In this document: piece by piece, positions 62,870 to 64,000 of the stretch
Layout: the number at the start of each line of letters is the position of its first letter
Position numbering within the stretch: position 1 is the first letter of the stretch
Assembly: GCF_026571515.1 (NCBI RefSeq)
Contig: NW_026862878.1
Span: 62,001 to 126,000, forward strand
Source: Ruditapes philippinarum
Lineage: Eukaryota
Direction of reading: 5' to 3'
Length of the DNA stretch: 64,000 nucleotides
Notes under the pieces: generated by a model
What the model saw: only the letters and a program-made list of their open reading frames with translations
Databases searched by the model: none
What the model was told of the DNA's origin: nothing
Position numbers and translations under genes: made by a program

Positions 62870-64000
62870 AAACAAGAGCCACTGCCAGGCGGGGGCAATG
62901 CTCTACATTTTACTTTTCTATAAGCAAACTTGGTTAAATAGGTCTGTCTAGTTATACTTGTTGTTTTGTCCAAGTATTAATCATTTCCATAAATAAACAA
63001 CAAAGTTCAGAAAATATAAGCAAAATTCAATTAATTGACCATCAAAGTTATTTAGAGGTAAAGGTATTATCTATAAGACTATATTATTTAACATGTTCGT
63101 TTGGTCACAAAAGTTGTTATGTCTGAAGTATGTATATGTATGAATCAAATCTGTACATAAATAACAAATTATGACAACTTAACCAAAATTCAATCATTTG
63201 ACCTTGATGGTCAAGGATAAGGTCAGTTCAACCTTTTAAAAGGTCTTGTCTTTAAAGTATGTAAATAATCCTTTGATTAATTACCAAGTTTCAGCCAATT
63301 ATAGAAATAATCAGTGAAAATTCAATCATTTGACCTTCAAGGTCAAGGTCATTTATCAGTTAAAGGATCTCCACTGAGGTTCTAAGGTCTAAAAGCATAA
63401 AATTCAATTTTTAATACAGATCAGCTTGGGCACATAAAACAGAAAGACATGCCAAATATAATTACGAAATATACCAAGAAATGAATTGAAAAGCATAATT
63501 TTGTGCCTTTTAAATATGATTTTAGGGAAAAGCACTTTTCAAATTTTGGTCTTTTTTCACAATTTTTCACAAAATTTTGCACACAAGTTATTGGTCTAGA
63601 CTTACATCAAACTGAACATTTATCTTGAAAAATTATTTCAAGTCCTGTCATGTCATGTCAAAAAACCTCAGTGGAGTCCCTTTAACTTTAAGGTCTAGGT
63701 CTGTCTGGTTCACTTGAATACTAAAACAAATTTAAACAAAATGCAATTATTTAACCTGTATGGTTAGGGTCATTAAAAAGACAATTTTAATTATTCAACA
63801 TGTTGGTTTTGTCTAAAGTGTCTGTCGTTCAAGAATGAATCAAATTAATAAAAACAAAGTTATGTATAATTTAAGCATAATTATATAATTTAATATTGAC
63901 AGACAGACAAGGTAACTTAAAAAAATAAATAAAATACAAAGTTATTACAATATAAGCAAAATTCAATAATTTGGCATCGAAGATCAATGACATTATATAT
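62870..64000 (-). mobile_element. Degenerate HINE-type element running off the window end
   Basis: End AAACAAGAGCCACTGCCAGGCGGGGGCA; recurring AAAATTCAATCATTTGACCTT..GGTCAAGG units. Confidence 0.55.
63364..63681. mobile_element. TTAA-targeting MITE (Kolobok-like) nested in the HINE
   Basis: TTAA|AGGATCTCCACTGAGGTT..AACCTCAGTGGAGTCCCT|TTAA; truncated relatives begin at about 41038 and 52447. Confidence 0.85.

Overview
AT-rich eukaryotic (animal) genomic DNA. The repeat landscape (Helentron-type HINEs with internal satellites, tRNA-derived SINEs, TTAA- and Sola-type MITEs) points to a bivalve mollusc; this is inference. There are three gene families. (1) Two tandem + strand paralogs (3466-9071 and 21641-28571; 1823 and 1908 aa), each with two coding exons. 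Each fuses a DEAH-box RNA helicase, RRM/KH-like RNA-binding modules and a complete C-terminal RING-IBR-RING (RBR) E3 ubiquitin ligase, the architecture of plant DEAH11/DEAH12. This is the best candidate for an uncharacterised RNA-activated ubiquitination system. (2) A tandem segmental duplication (about 34.1-46.5 kb and 46.5-61.6 kb). Each copy holds a 5-exon gene, mostly missed by the ORF track, for a secreted 133-aa four-EF-hand protein; the copies differ at 14 non-synonymous and 3 synonymous sites. (3) A frameshifted last exon of a convergent minus-strand gene with PD-(D/E)xK-like motifs (62366-61635). The rest is satellites (56, 25, 22 and 20 bp), nested DNA transposons and SINEs. Exon structures were read by hand from splice signals and reading-frame phase; no database searches were run.
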